Origin: Octopus sinensis
Lineage: Eukaryota
NCBI RefSeq assembly: GCF_006345805.1
Contig: NW_021835972.1
Coordinates: forward strand, 3,749-67,748
DNA: 64,000 nt
Reading direction: 5' to 3'
The notes below the pieces were generated by a model, which worked only from the letters and a program-made list of their open reading frames with translations, was not told the DNA's origin and ran no database searches. Shown here piece by piece: positions 26,411 through 39,753 of the stretch. Both the position numbers and the translations under genes were made by a program. The stretch's first letter is position 1; each line of letters begins with the position of its first letter.

Positions 26411-27190
26411 ATATTCTTTTATTCTTTTATCTGTTTCAGTCATTTGACTGTAGCCATGCTGGAGCACTGCCTTTAGTTGAGAAAAAAAAATATTGAATCA
26501 TATTTTTAAAAAAATAGCCTTGCTTCCTCCCCATATCTTGACCTTTATTCCTTGTAAGCCTAGTACTTATTCTATCAGTTTCTTTTTTGCTGAACTGCTA
26601 AGTTACAGGGACGTAAACACACCAACATCGGTTGTCAAGCGATGTGAGGGGACAAATACAGACACACAAACTTATACATACATATATATATATATATAAA
26701 TATATATATATATATTTAAAAATTAAGGGTAAAAATTGATATTAGTCAATTAAAACCAGTGGTCTAGTATATTAAAAAGAATCCGAAGATTAAAATATTT
26801 ATATATACCAATTAAGGACTGAACACGAAAAAGTGGACAGTCAACATGCTAGATATAGACGTCAAATCGCCATTCTCCACAAAGATTATGTTCTCAAATA
26901 AAATAAAATTTTATTTCATTTGAGAACATAATCTTTGTGGAGAATGGCGATTTGACGTCTATATCTAGCATGTTGACTGTCCACTTTTTCGTGTTCAGTC
27001 CTTAATTGGTATATATATATATATATATATATATGACGGGCTTCTTTCAGTGTCCATCTACCAAATCCACTCATAAGGCTTTGGTCGGCCCAAGGCTATA
27101 GTGGAAGACACTTGGCCAAGGTTCCATGCAGTGGGACTGAACCCGGAACCATGTGGCTGGTAAGCAAACTACTTACCACACAGCCACGCC
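26405..27190 (-). mobile_element. SINE family A carrying a ~300-bp insert in its (TA)n tract
   Basis: Tail at 26405-26700 and head at 27035-27190 are separated by foreign sequence at about 26716-27017. Confidence 0.85.
26801..27017. repeat. Essentially spacerless ~215-bp palindrome
   Basis: ccaattaaggactgaacacg...ttctcaaat mirrored by atttgagaac...ccttaattgg; centre aaataaaa|ttttattt; one visible mismatch. Confidence 0.95.
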
Positions 27191-27839
27191 AGATAAAATA
27201 TAGTGATAAAATATATATTTCAGGTATAGGTAAAAAACTATATATATATAGTTAATGAGATTTCCTCTGTGTCAAGACTTAAAGGACACCTTGTACAAGA
27301 ACAATGACCTGGTGAGGAGGCCACTACATAGCTGCTCAATTTGCTAGAAATGGCAACCAAACTTCTTTCTAAGAATCTCATTCTGCCATCTTACAAAGAA
27401 AAAGAAAAGACACCACAGGTAATTCAGTCCTAGATCCAAGAAGAAATTGTCATTGCTTGGCATGTCTTTGATCATGTCTCTGTGCCCAAGGCTGACCTTG
27501 GGTTAAACAACGACAATAGCAACATGTGACTGTGGCATTTTTTTTTTTTGTTTGTTTATTATTTTATCGATTGTATTGCAATGAATTATGGGATGTTCCG
27601 ACCCTTGGAAATATAACATTTGAGAAAAAAATATCAAATTATAATTTTTAAAAAAATATCCCCCACTTCCTCCCCATGTCTTGACCTTTATATCCCCCCC
27701 CCACCCCAGATTGTTTGTTTTTAGATTTAATAAAAAGAATCAGAATGGATTATTGGAATGGAAGGAAACTGTACTGTAAAGAATTCTGTTGTGATGGTGG
27801 GGGTGGTGAGCGTGGTTACTTGTTTTATTCTTGAATGCT

Positions 27840-28865
27840 GTTAGACTACTACTACTACTACTACTACAACTACGACCACCACCACAACCACCACCACCAC
27901 CATCACCACCACCACCACCACTACTACTACTACCACCACCACCGCTGATGCTACTACTACTGCTGCTACAACTGCTGCTGCTACGACTACAACTACTGCT
28001 GCCGCTGTTACTACTACCACCACCACCACCACTACAACCATCACCACTACTACTACCACTACAACCACCACCACTACTACTACTACCACCACCATCACCA
28101 CCACCACTGCTACTACTACTGCTGCTACAACTACTGCTGCCGCTGTTACTACTACCACCACCACCACCACAACAACCACCACCACTACTACTACCTACCA
28201 ACCCACCACCATCACCACCACCACCACTACTACTACCACCACCCACCACCACCACCACACCACCACCCCTGCTACTACTACTGCTGCTACAACTACAACG
28301 ACTACTACTGCTGCCGCTGTTACTACTACCACCACCACCACAACAACCACCACCACTACAACCACCACCACCACCACTGCTACTACCACCACACACCACC
28401 ACCATCACCACCACCCCACCACTGCTACTACTACTGCTGCTACAACTACAACTACTGCTGCTACTGTTACTACTACACCACCACCACAACAACCACCACC
28501 ACTACAACCACCACCACCACCACTACTACTACCACCACCACCACCATCACCACCACCACCACTACTACTACCACCACCACCACCACCATCACCACCACCA
28601 CCACTGCTACTACTACTGCTGCTACAACTACAACTACTGCTGCCGCTGTTACTACTACCACCACCACCACAACAACCACCACCACCACCACCACTACTAC
28701 TACCACCACCACCACCATCACCACCACCACCACTACTACTACCACCACCACCACTACTACTACCACCACCACCACCACCATCACCACCACCACCACTGCT
28801 ACTACTACTGCTGCTACAACTACAACTACTGCTGCTACTGTTACTACTACTACTACTACTACTGG
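27840..28865. repeat. Degenerate (ACC/ACT/GCT)n trinucleotide tract with internal higher-order duplications
   Basis: Recurrent block ctactactactgctgctacaactac...gctgccgctgttactactaccacc. Confidence 0.9.
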
Positions 28866-28869
28866 GCTA

Positions 28870-29125
28870 TGGTCTGCCTACGGGAGAGGAGTCTGTTGGT
28901 ACAACATGAGCATGTGGTACATGTGGATGACGGCAGTTGGGTAAAGAAAGCACCAAAGAGATTTAACAGGAGGAAACTCTGTAAGAAAGGGATCGGGTGA
29001 AAACATTGGTCAAATTAGTGGAAGCTTATCTCAGGAGGCTGATCCTCACAAAGGAGATTGCAGGGGACAGCAATTAATGGCAAGGGCTTGTGGTGTAGTA
29101 AACCTGTCCGACCCATGCAAGCGTT
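28870..29125 (+). mobile_element. RTE-clade LINE 3' end remnant
   Basis: ERSLLVQHEHVVHVDDGSWVKK resembles ERRLRWFGHV-x-RM-x3-WVKK; ends in cctgtccgacccatgcaagc, similar to family C SINE tails. Confidence 0.6.
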
Positions 29126-29689
29126 GGAGGTAGGTGGGGAAATGAGCATAAATTGATGTTGGTTGTATCAGTTCTTTCTAATTTTGGCACAGGGCCTGCA
29201 GTTTTAGGGCAGTTATCCAGTTACATTGGCCCCTGTTTTTGGTTGGTACTTTGTTTTATGAACCCCTGAAAGATGAAAGGCAAAGTGGACCTTGGTTGGA
29301 TTTGAACTCAGAATGTAATGCTTTGGAAAAAATGCTGCCAAGCATTTGGTCCAATGGGCCAGATAGAAATTGATAAAAGAAACTGATATTGATGTTAATC
29401 AAAAGCAATCCATTTGTGACCATCCTGTCTTTCTGAGGATTGCATTACCTTCATTTTTTTCATTTTTTTTTAAGATGATGGAGTGTTAGTTTAAGGAGAT
29501 TTGGCTGTTGTTTTTTGCTGCCTGAATGACCACATAGTGATTCTTGCATTCACTTATTGTTTAACTCCAGATTAGTTCCAATCAAGATGCTCTTTGATCT
29601 AAAGCAATCTATCCACGACCATCCTGTCATTTTGTCTATCTAGAACTACATTATTCAACATGTTCTTTTCCTTATGATAATGGTATTGG

Positions 29690-29905
29690 CAGAAACGTAA
29701 GCATGCCGAGCGAAATGCTTAGCGGTATTTCGCCTGCCGCTACGTTCTGAGTTCAAATTCCGCCGAGGTCGACTTTGCCTTTCATCCTTTCGGGGTCGAT
29801 TAAATAAGTACCAGTTACGCTCTGGGGTTGATGTAATCAAATTAATACCTATGTCTGTCCTTGTTTGTCCCCTCTATGTTTAGCCCCTTGTGGGTAATAA
29901 AGAAA
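29690..29905 (+). mobile_element. SINE family B monomer (further copies 58455-58688 +, 59722-59947 -; older variants 24390-24600, 29165-29350, 57455-57620)
   Basis: tggcagaaacgtaagc...gagttcaaattcc...gcctttcatcctttcggggtcgattaaataagtaccag; the central block resembles the Meta-type SINE domain. Confidence 0.9.
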
Positions 29906-31060
29906 TATGTATTTTTTGTGGCAGATTTCAAGGCTATTTCAGACAACCACATGATCTTCTTCATTGGTTCGCTGTTTTTGTTGTTTAACCCCAGGTCAGG
30001 CCTGACTCAAGCAGACCTATGATTAATGACACCCCAGTCATAGCCATTCTATCTTTTCCCTCATATACAAAGAAAGGGTTACATTATCTCACATGTCCTT
30101 CTCCAAGGAGGGAGATTTGACTAGTATGTCTGTCTAGGAAGTTAAGTGACCTCGTTAGCTTTTTTTCATCATTGCTGTATGATTTGAGGGAGATTTGACT
30201 ACTCTGTCTATCCAGTGAGTTAAGTGACCTTGTTAGCTCGTTGTTCTCATTGCTGATCTGGTAACAGTGGCCGGGTTTTTATTTAGTTGATTTTTTCCCT
30301 ATTTTGCTTAAATTTTTAATTATTTTATTTCCTCGTTTATTTTATATTTAATGTAGACATTGCAGCAAAAAGATGATTGCTGGGAGGTGGGGGGTGGGGT
30401 CTGAGATGGAGCGGGGGTGACAGCATTGGTGATGTGGAGAGATGGTGTTAGGAGATATTCTACTGGAAGATGTTTCGCTCTCCTTTCTCACTCGCTCTCT
30501 CCCCCTCTTTCTCTCCTTGTAGCCAAATGTTAAGATTCTAAATTTCATTAAAGCAGTTAATATAGGTTTTAAAAACAACAACAGCAACGACAAAAAAAAA
30601 ACTAAACAAAACAAAACAAGAGCAAAATAAACTCTAAAATGCGATGTTTATACAAGTGAGTGTCTCTGAGAATGTAAACGATAATATAATGGCCTATCGA
30701 TCTACGAATCGCAAAAGGCCGGCGTCAGAACTGTTCACTGTTGAAAATCTATAACTTCTGTTGCCCAAAGCACCCACCACCAACGCCACCAGTGGAACAC
30801 CAACATCACCGGCAACACCACCACCATAGCCTCCACCACCAACACCAGCATCATCACCACCACCACCACCACCTCCATGACCAGCCTCTGCATCACGTAC
30901 ATACCCTGGTCTGGCACCTATTGGATACTGCTAAATGAGCATGGTGTGTATGTATGTGTTTGTGTTTGCCTCTTTTGGTATGTATGTATGTATATTTGTA
31001 TATATATGTATGTTTGTATGTGTGAATGTGTGTGTGTGTATATAAACAGAGGTAGGTATG

Positions 31061-31101
<41 letters not shown>

Positions 31102-31569
31102 GTGCATATTTATGGGCTTATATATATGTATCTATATCTAGAGAGGTAGATAGGTATGTATATATGTAATTGTGCATCTTTATGGCTTTATGTATGTATA
31201 AATATGTACAGCTACATATATACATACCTACTTCTATATATATATATATAGAAGTAGGTATGTATATATGTAGCTGTGCATATTTATGGGTTTATGTATG
31301 TATGTATGTATGTATGTATGTATATATATATGTGTGTGTGTATGTATGTGTGTGAGCATGTATATGTGTGTGTGTGTGTATATATATGTATATATATATT
31401 ATAAAGAGAGAGAGAGATAGGTAGATAGGAAAATGGTATATAGAAAGTTTTGCATATGTGTAGATAGGCAAATATATGTGTTTTGGTAGACCTACTTGCA
31501 ATCACAAATATATAGATACAGAACAACTGAGAGAAATTGCCCAGTTACATAGGTATGTATATATATGTT

Positions 31570-31610
<41 letters not shown>

Positions 31611-32639
31611 GTATATATATGTTTGTATATAAAAATAATACACACGTTTATAATACGTACGTATATATATTTATACATACATACACTCATGTATATATAT
31701 ATCTGCATATGTATATGTGGGGAGAGAGAGAGAGAGAGGTGAGGAGATGAGCTTCTATATAAGCTAGAGAGATAAACATTAAGCATAGATTTCCATACAA
31801 ACACCAGACCCAACACACACCTCCCTGCCCATATTGAGCCAACCCCCCTTAATGGACAGGCTTTGTCTCTTGCCGAAATGCTAGCTGACTGAAAGTACAA
31901 AACACATAAAAAAAAAAAAAAAGTGAAAATAATAAAAGACAGCCCCCCCCCATCCCTCCCCAATTATACATATAGATGTATATTATGGCCATATTATTGA
32001 CTAAAATATTGGACAGAAAATCATAGTCTTGGAGCCTTGATCTAATTACTTCACTTACTTATAAAAACAGAATCTGATAATATAAATTCTTGAATTCCTC
32101 GCTAAATATCAACATTTGCCCTGTCTGTGCCCATTCTGGCTTTTCTTTTTTTTTGTGTGTGTGTGTGTATGTCTAGTTTTATATCCACATTATATAAACA
32201 GTGATAGGAAAGCTGAGATAGATAGATAGAAAGACAGATAGATAGAGCGATGGATAGATATAGCTATCTATGTATTGTAACTGAATGTTTACGCACTATT
32301 GATAAGGCAAAATTACTGCAGTTTTTGTCCTGAAATAACATCTTTTATGGAGTTGCCATGTAAAAAAAAACACAATAAATATTAAGAGACATGTATGTGG
32401 CTAGCTGTGAGTAAGTGCCATTGGGACGACCAGAAAAGGTCAGAATGCATCCGCTGCCCTTGCTGGCCACTGTTGATGGGACAAGTTTTTGCCTCCCTGA
32501 TATTTATTGCGTTTTTTAACACAGCAAGTCCATAAGGGATTTATCTCAGGACAAATTCTGCAGTAACTGGTCCATGAACAGTAATTATTCTGCAGTATTT
32601 TAATTAAATACTGCTTCAATTGCATATTCTGGACAGAGA

Positions 32640-33000
32640 CACACACACACATGTATGTACGAGCAGAAACAACTTGTCCGGCCGTTCCATAGGCACCCCC
32701 CAACCCCTTCGAGAAACGCTGCTTTAACCTAAATTTGATCACCGTGCATTTTTCTCGCGTACGCACAGTATTGATTGCAACAGCTGATGTACTTGCGCAT
32801 ACAAATGCACGTTCCCATGGCTTTATCGATCGCATTCTCACCTGGAATCGATTTTTGTAATTTTTCAAAGATTTATACATGCCCTGATACTGTCGGTATC
32901 TACATATCAAATTTGAGCGCAATCGGATGGAGGATGCCCAAGATACTAGAAGACACAGACAGACAGACAGACAGAACGGATTTTATATAATAGATATGTA
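32640..33000 (+). mobile_element. DINE/HINE-like (Helentron-associated) non-autonomous element; second copy at ~33925-34310
   Basis: The two copies share aaatgcacgttcccatggcttta...aaatttgag.gcaatc.gatg...(GACA)n...ttttatataatagatat; the (GACA)n plus AT-rich end is typical of this class. Confidence 0.6.
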
Positions 33001-33149
33001 ATTTCTTGAACTAATGGGTATATGCCAATTAGTGTGTTGAGTAAAGCACATTCACAGTTTGGGCTACCTGGTGTCATCCACAGTTGGAATATATTTCCCT
33101 GAGACATCTTTTGAAGCCTCCCTACCTATATATAAATATATATATATAT

Positions 33150-33912
33150 ACAAATTGAGATAAGGGTTGTAAATGCAACCCTCCATGGGATAACATATAT
33201 CCAATATACTGCTAGTGGGGTACCCAACAAAGTTAATGCATAAATGTTAAGAATTGCGATGCAATTAATTCATATTCTGCATTATATGGGCAAAGGTAAA
33301 ATGTTTTACCACAAATTCATAATACAAAATAAGAAAATGGAGAAATACATCCAAATCAAATATCAACTACCAGATAGTACCCAATCACATACTTTATTAA
33401 ACCACTACATAAGAAACTTTAAGGTCAAACATAATAATATAGAACAAAACAGTGTACATAAAGGAGTAATATGATACAATAAGTACAATATGTATAAGAG
33501 AATATAAATATAAATAAATATAAATATAAACTACATCTTACAGCTGTTTCGGCCATGCAGATAAGTATGTCTCATTTTACTTATATTAGCCATGTGTAGT
33601 GGTCAATATGTAGTTATAAATGAGTCACATTTATAACTACATATTGACCACTACACATGGCTAATATAAGTAAAATGAGACATACTTATCTGCATGGCCG
33701 AAACAGCTGTAAGATGTAGTTTATATTTATATTCTCTTATACATATTGTACTTATTGTATCATATTACTCCTTTGTGTACACTGTTTTGTTCTATATTAT
33801 TATGTTTGACCTTAAAGTTTCTTATGTAGTGGTTTAGTAAAGTATGTGATTGGGTACTATCTGGTAGTTGATATTTGATTTGGATGTATTTCTTCATTTT
33901 CTTATTTTGTAT
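33150..33912. mobile_element. PLE-like insert in (TA)n forming a ~290-bp-arm foldback (33322-33622 / 33628-33912)
   Basis: Arms differ by about 3 substitutions and one slippage indel; 5-nt spacer agtca. Each arm carries GGCC-GAAACAGCTGTA-AGATG, the 3' half of a hammerhead. Confidence 0.8.
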
Positions 33913-34869
33913 ATATATATATGACCAAAACGCCCCCCCCCATCCAATGGACGGTACTGAGTTGTCAAACATTTAAACCAAATTTTCTCAAAACAACTTG
34001 TCCGACCGTCCCATAGACCTCCCTTTTGAGAAACACTGATTTAACTTAAATTTAGACACCAGCAAAAGAAGAAATAAAGATAGACTTTTTTTCTATTCCA
34101 AGAAAAACGATTTTACAAATGCACGTTCCCATGGCTTTATTGATCGCATTCTCACCTGGAATCGATTTTTGTAATTTTTTCAAGACTTATACACACCCTG
34201 ATACCGTCAGTATCTACATATAAAATTTGAGAGCAATCAGATGAAAGATGCCCGAGATCCTAGAAGACAAACACACAGACAAACAGAACGAATTTTATAT
34301 AATAGATATATTTATATATATATATCTACATATATATCTATACTCACACACACACACACATATATTATATATCGGTATGCTATAGCTGAAAGATGGCCAA
34401 AGCCTTGTGAGTGAAAATAAATTAAAGATATGAAATGATGCATTGGGATGATGTAGTCCAAGGTACACTGAGTCCGTTTATAGAAATTTCCATATATGAT
34501 ATCCCTTGGGTCAAGGCTATAAGCCTACAAGAACAGATTATATTGTTATTTTATCTTTTACTTCTTCCAGTCATTGCTCTGTGGCCATGCTGGGGCATCA
34601 CCTTCAAGAATTTAGCTAAATTAACCCTAGTTAATTTAGTTCATTTGTTTTTATCAAAGCTTAGTACATATTCTATTGGTCTCTTTTGTGAAATTGCTAA
34701 GTTACGGGGATGTAAATAAACCAATACCAGTTGCTAAGCAGTGCTATGACGAACAAAGACACAGACACACGTATCCCTTTTGTGTTAACTTTTGAGAAAA
34801 AGAGGACTCAAGACTACAGTGGAGATTAATGATATCATTTTGGTCAATCAAGTCAGTCTCTTGTTGCTT

Positions 34870-34960
34870 TTTCACCTGTATGTGCACAGGATCTTCAGGT
34901 AAGTTACATCATAATCTGTTACAATTTACCTGTAGATCCTGTGCACAATTACAGGTGAAA
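34870..34960. other. Isolated ~90-nt hairpin (stem ~35 bp)
   Basis: tttcacctgta-tgtgcacaggatct-t-caggtaagtt pairs with aatttacctg-t-agatcctgtgcaca-at-tacaggtgaaa. Confidence 0.85.
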
Positions 34961-35179
34961 CTCAGAGTACGCCCTGACTGACTCCTGTCCTAGTAGCACA
35001 TAAAAAGCACTATCTGAACATGGCCGATGCCAGTGCCACCTGAATGGCTCCTGTGCCGGTGGAACGTAATAAGTACCCACGACACTCTTGGAGTAGTTGG
35101 CATTAGGAAGGGCATCAAGTTGTAGAAACACTGCCAGATCAGACTGGAGCCTGGGGTAGCCTCCTGGCATGCCAGTCCC

Positions 35180-35385
35180 CAGTCAAGCCTACGCATGTCC
35201 AGACGTTTAGGGAGAAACGGGGAGCAAACCATAAGGTCTTGCAGTGGTGTTTCCTTTTATGGTTACTCAATCCTGGTGTATATACTATAGGGTCCTTGAA
35301 CCCGCTGGCTGCTAGTACCTCATTGTAAGCGGGAGCCGCTGCGTTGAAAATATCTTTATTTGAAGATAAGCTTGAAATCATGTGC
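35180..35385 (-). mobile_element. Penelope-like element RT thumb/linker remnant
   Basis: ISSLSSNKDIFNAAAPAYNEVLAASGFKDPIVYTP...KRKHHCKTLWFAPRFSLNVWTCVG matches the PLE pattern LSS-x3-F-x2-A-x-P-x-Y-x3-L-x2-SG...I-x-WFNPP-F-x2-NV-x-T-x-IG. Confidence 0.8.
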
Positions 35386-37200
35386 TACCACTTTGTTGTC
35401 TTCATGTGTTGCTACACTGTCATCACATGCTATTAAACTACTGTCATCATATGTTACTACAGTGTCATCATCACACGCTGCAACCACACTGTCATCATCA
35501 TGTGCTGCCAAATTACCGTCATCACGTGCTACCACACTGTCATCATCACATACTAATACACTGCTGTCATCACATGCTACAACACTATTGTCATTCCAGG
35601 CTACAGCACTGCTGTCATCACATACTACCACTTTGCCACCACCCCATCACTCTATACTGTTTCCTCCCATTATCCTCTCAGTGTACACCGTACACTGTTG
35701 CAGTAGTTTCACTCTACACTGCATCCTTACACTCCATCCTTGTTATACACTGTATACCACCACCACCACACATTCACTGTACATTGTACACTTCCAGTAC
35801 ACCGTCACACTACTCTGAATGTATACTTCTAGCATGCCCTCACACTACACTGAATATACACTTCCTTCACTTCCTGTGGGTAGGGACGACATATTTCATG
35901 GAAACTGAAGTTCAAAATTTGCTTCTAAATTAGGTTTAATACATCAAACTAGAATGAATTTCTGATTTATCAGGAAAAGAAATATTTAAAAACACTGAAT
36001 ATACACTTCTATCACATCCTCACTCTACACCTCCACTACACTATACACTTCCATTATACCCTCACACTACTCTGAATATACACTTTCATCATAGCCTCAC
36101 ACTACATTATATTTACATTTCCATTGCAACCTCACTCTACACTGTATATACACTTCCATCATAACCTGACATTACACTGTAGCTACACTTCCATCGTAAC
36201 TTTACATTATATTTCCATCATATCATCACTTTACACTTTCACTAGTCTCTCATTTTACTCTGTACACATCCTTCACATTCTCACACTACACTGTATATAT
36301 ACATATACCTTCTGACACAGTGTCACACTACACTGTGTATACACTTCTGTCACACTTTCATACTTGATTACACTTCCATGAAACCATCAATTTATACTAC
36401 CACTAGACTCTCATTTTACTCTATACGCTTCCATCACATCCTCACACTACACTGTATATACTCTTCTGGTACACTGTCACACTACACTGTGAATACACTT
36501 CCATCACATCCTCTTACTACATTACACTTGCACCACCTCATCACTTTACACTTCCACTAGACTCACTTTATACTCCTCCATCACACCACCGCACTACACT
36601 GTATATACTCTTCTGGCACACTGTCACACTACACTGTATATACACTTTCATCATACCTTCATACTACATTACACTTCCATCATATCATCACTTTACACTA
36701 TCAGTAGACTCTCACTTTATACTCTTCCATCACACCACCACACTACACTGTATATACTCTTCTGGCACACTGTCACACTACACTGTATATACACTTCCAT
36801 CACATCTTCATACTACATTACACTTGCACCATCTCATCACTTTACACTTCCACTAGACTCTCACTTTATACTCTTCCATCACACCACCACACTACACTGT
36901 ATATACCCTTCTGGCACCCTGTCAAACTACACTGGGTATACACTTCCATCACACCTTTCACTACACTGCCTCCTTTCACCACTCCTCACTCAACACTTCA
37001 CGCTACCAGCACACCATTCCTCAGTGCCCCCACCCCATACACCACCAACACCACCACCACACATTACCACTGTGGACTACCACTTAATTCTATACTGTAC
37101 ACTGTCAGTCACTACACTGTTATTCCAATGCCACCATCGCCCACTTCTCTGTACGCCACCACCACCACACCATTAATTACGCTCCACCGTTCCTTCACTG
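35370..37200. repeat. Degenerate CAC/TAC-rich minisatellite region: ~24-bp units at 35370-35630 and a ~149-bp higher-order unit x~4 at 36445-36960
   Basis: The block cactacactgtatatactcttctgg recurs at about 36445, 36592, 36741 and 36890. Confidence 0.8.
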
Positions 37201-37546
37201 TGATGTACCACTACTAGCTTCTTCTGTGTTCAGCCAGAGGGTCTTTCTTTGGTTACCTTCTTTGCGTTTTGTTTGGTGTTTTCTGTTTTACAATGGAGAT
37301 TAACTTGTCATACTTGTTATTCTGCTAAATCCACCATCTTCAGGAATGTTGTGATGTGAGGAAGGTGGCATGAGATTATCCCCTCCTCTTCCAATCCCCC
37401 CCACTTCTCTCCCTCTCTCTTATTTTTTGTCTGTTCCTCTCACCCTACCCCTCTCTCTCTTCCCCATCTTTCTCTGTATATATATGTATATGTATATATA
37501 TATTTATATATATATATTTATATATATGTATGTATATATATTGCAC

Positions 37547-37581
<35 letters not shown>

Positions 37582-37846
37582 TTATATATATATATATATA
37601 TTATATATATATATATATATATGTATGTATATATATTGCACAACAAATATTTAAACGTACTATGTATATATATATATCTATATATATCTATATATATGTG
37701 AGTGTGTGTGTGTGTGTATATGTATATATATATGTATATTTATATGTGAATATGTATATATATGTATATATATATATGTGTGTGTGTGTATACATATGTA
37801 TATCTGTATGTGTATACATATGTATATCTATATGTGTCTCTGTATG

Positions 37847-37888
<42 letters not shown>

Positions 37889-38703
37889 TAGTTATATCTA
37901 TATATGTGTATATGTATGTGCGTATGTATGTAGATATATATGTATGTTTATATATGTGTATATATATATATATATGTTTGAGTATATATATATGTGTGTG
38001 TGTGTGTGTATATAGGTACGTTTATATATATATATATATATAATCTTTCTCTCACACATATGTACACAAACACGTGAATGAAGAACGTAAGTAAGAAACA
38101 ACAGCAACAACACCAACACCAACATCAGATAGAGAGAATAAACAAGAAATAAAATGCAGACCAAACAATCAAATATATAATAATCCATCAAACAATAAAC
38201 GTAAATTTTAAGAGAAAAACATGTAAAATACCACTGCATCTGCAGCTCCCCCACCCACATCCCTCCCCACCACACATACCCCCCCCCACATCCGCGCCCC
38301 ACCCCACCTCCACATCTCCCAAAAAATAAGAAATATATATATATTGACTGTTATTATTAGTAAAATAGTTGCTTTGTTGTCTTCTTTGGAAACAACAACA
38401 GCAGCAGCAGCAGCAGCAACAACAACAACAACAATAATAATAATGATAATAATAATATTGATAATAATAATAATAATAATAATAAATATAACAAGGATAA
38501 TAATAATAAGTATAATGATAATAATAATAATAATAATAATAAGTATAATGATAATAATAATAATAATAAGTATAATGATAATAATAATAATAATAATAAA
38601 TATAATGATAATAATAATAATAAAGATATAATAACAACAACAATAATAATAATAATAATAATAATAAATATAACGATAATAATAATAATAAAGATATAAC
38701 AAC

Positions 38704-38753
<50 letters not shown>

Positions 38754-39308
38754 TAACGATAATAATAATAATGATGATGATGATGATGATGATAACAAAT
38801 TTATGTTCGTTTTATTTTGCTTTTTTGCTTTATGTAGGAGAAATTCCAATATTTTCATTTTAACCCTTCTGACATTCCATATATCCTAGGTTTTATGGGA
38901 AGTTTCTCAAAGCAGTTAGCCAGTATTTTCTATTGTTGATTATTTCTGCAAAGTTCTCTCTCTCTCCCTCTCCTCTCTCTCTCTCTCTCCTCTCTCTCTC
39001 TCCTCCTTTCCTCTCTCTCTATTAATATTACTGTGTATTTGAAGGTGAGATGGTCTGGTAGTTAAATGAAGGGAGCTCAGTGTTGTCTCTCGTGGTCAAC
39101 AGTTCAATTTGCTGCTGGCTGTTGAGAGCTGAACAGCATTTTCATTTCATTTCATTTAATTTTCGTATGCTTCATCGCTTCTTTGATTCACCTAGCTGTC
39201 TTTAGTTAGAGGTGTGATTCACCTTGCTGTCATCAGTGTGAGGTACAAACCAACCCATTTGAGATTGTTATTAATGTAGGCACAGACGTGGCTGTATGGT
39301 TAAGAAGC

Positions 39309-39753
39309 GGTGAGCTGGCAGGAACGTTAGCACGCCGGGCGAAATGCGTAGCCGTATTTCATCTGCCGTTACGTCCTGAGTTCAAATTCCGCCGAGGTCG
39401 ACTTTGCCTTTCATCTTTTCAGGGTCAATAAATTAAGTACCAGTTACACACTGGGTTCGATGTAATTGACTTAATACCTATGTCTGTCCTTGTTTGTCCC
39501 CTCTGTGTTTAGCCCCTTGTGGGCAATAAAGAAATAAGAAATGTTAGCACGCCGGGCGAAATGCTTAGTGGTATTTCATCTGCCGTTACGTTGTGATTCA
39601 AATTCCGCTGAGGTTGACTTTGCCTTTCATCCTTTCGGGGTCGATAAATTAAGTACCAGTTACACACTGGGTTCGATGTAATCGACTTAATTCCTATGTC
39701 TGTCCTTGTTTGTCCCCTCTGTGTTTAGCCCCTTGTGGGTAATAAAGAAATAG
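39309..39753 (+). mobile_element. SINE family B dimer inserted into the A box of an older SINE, with 15-bp TSD
   Basis: GTATGGTTAAGAAGC at 39294-39308 and 39754-39768. Confidence 0.92.

Noticed and set aside
27831-29000. 389-aa ORF and overlapping 250-aa and poly-V ORFs
   Set aside because: Translations of (ACC/ACT)n repeats that are open in several frames; the non-repetitive end is an RTE remnant.
30645-30760. 37-aa ORF ending FTVENL (eh1-like) in a CpG-rich patch
   Set aside because: Too short, and no supporting splice structure.
35356-35631. Asp-rich 8-aa repeat ORF (VACDDSSV)
   Set aside because: Bounded by stops, no ATG or splice support, and part of a larger degenerate CAT/CAC minisatellite.
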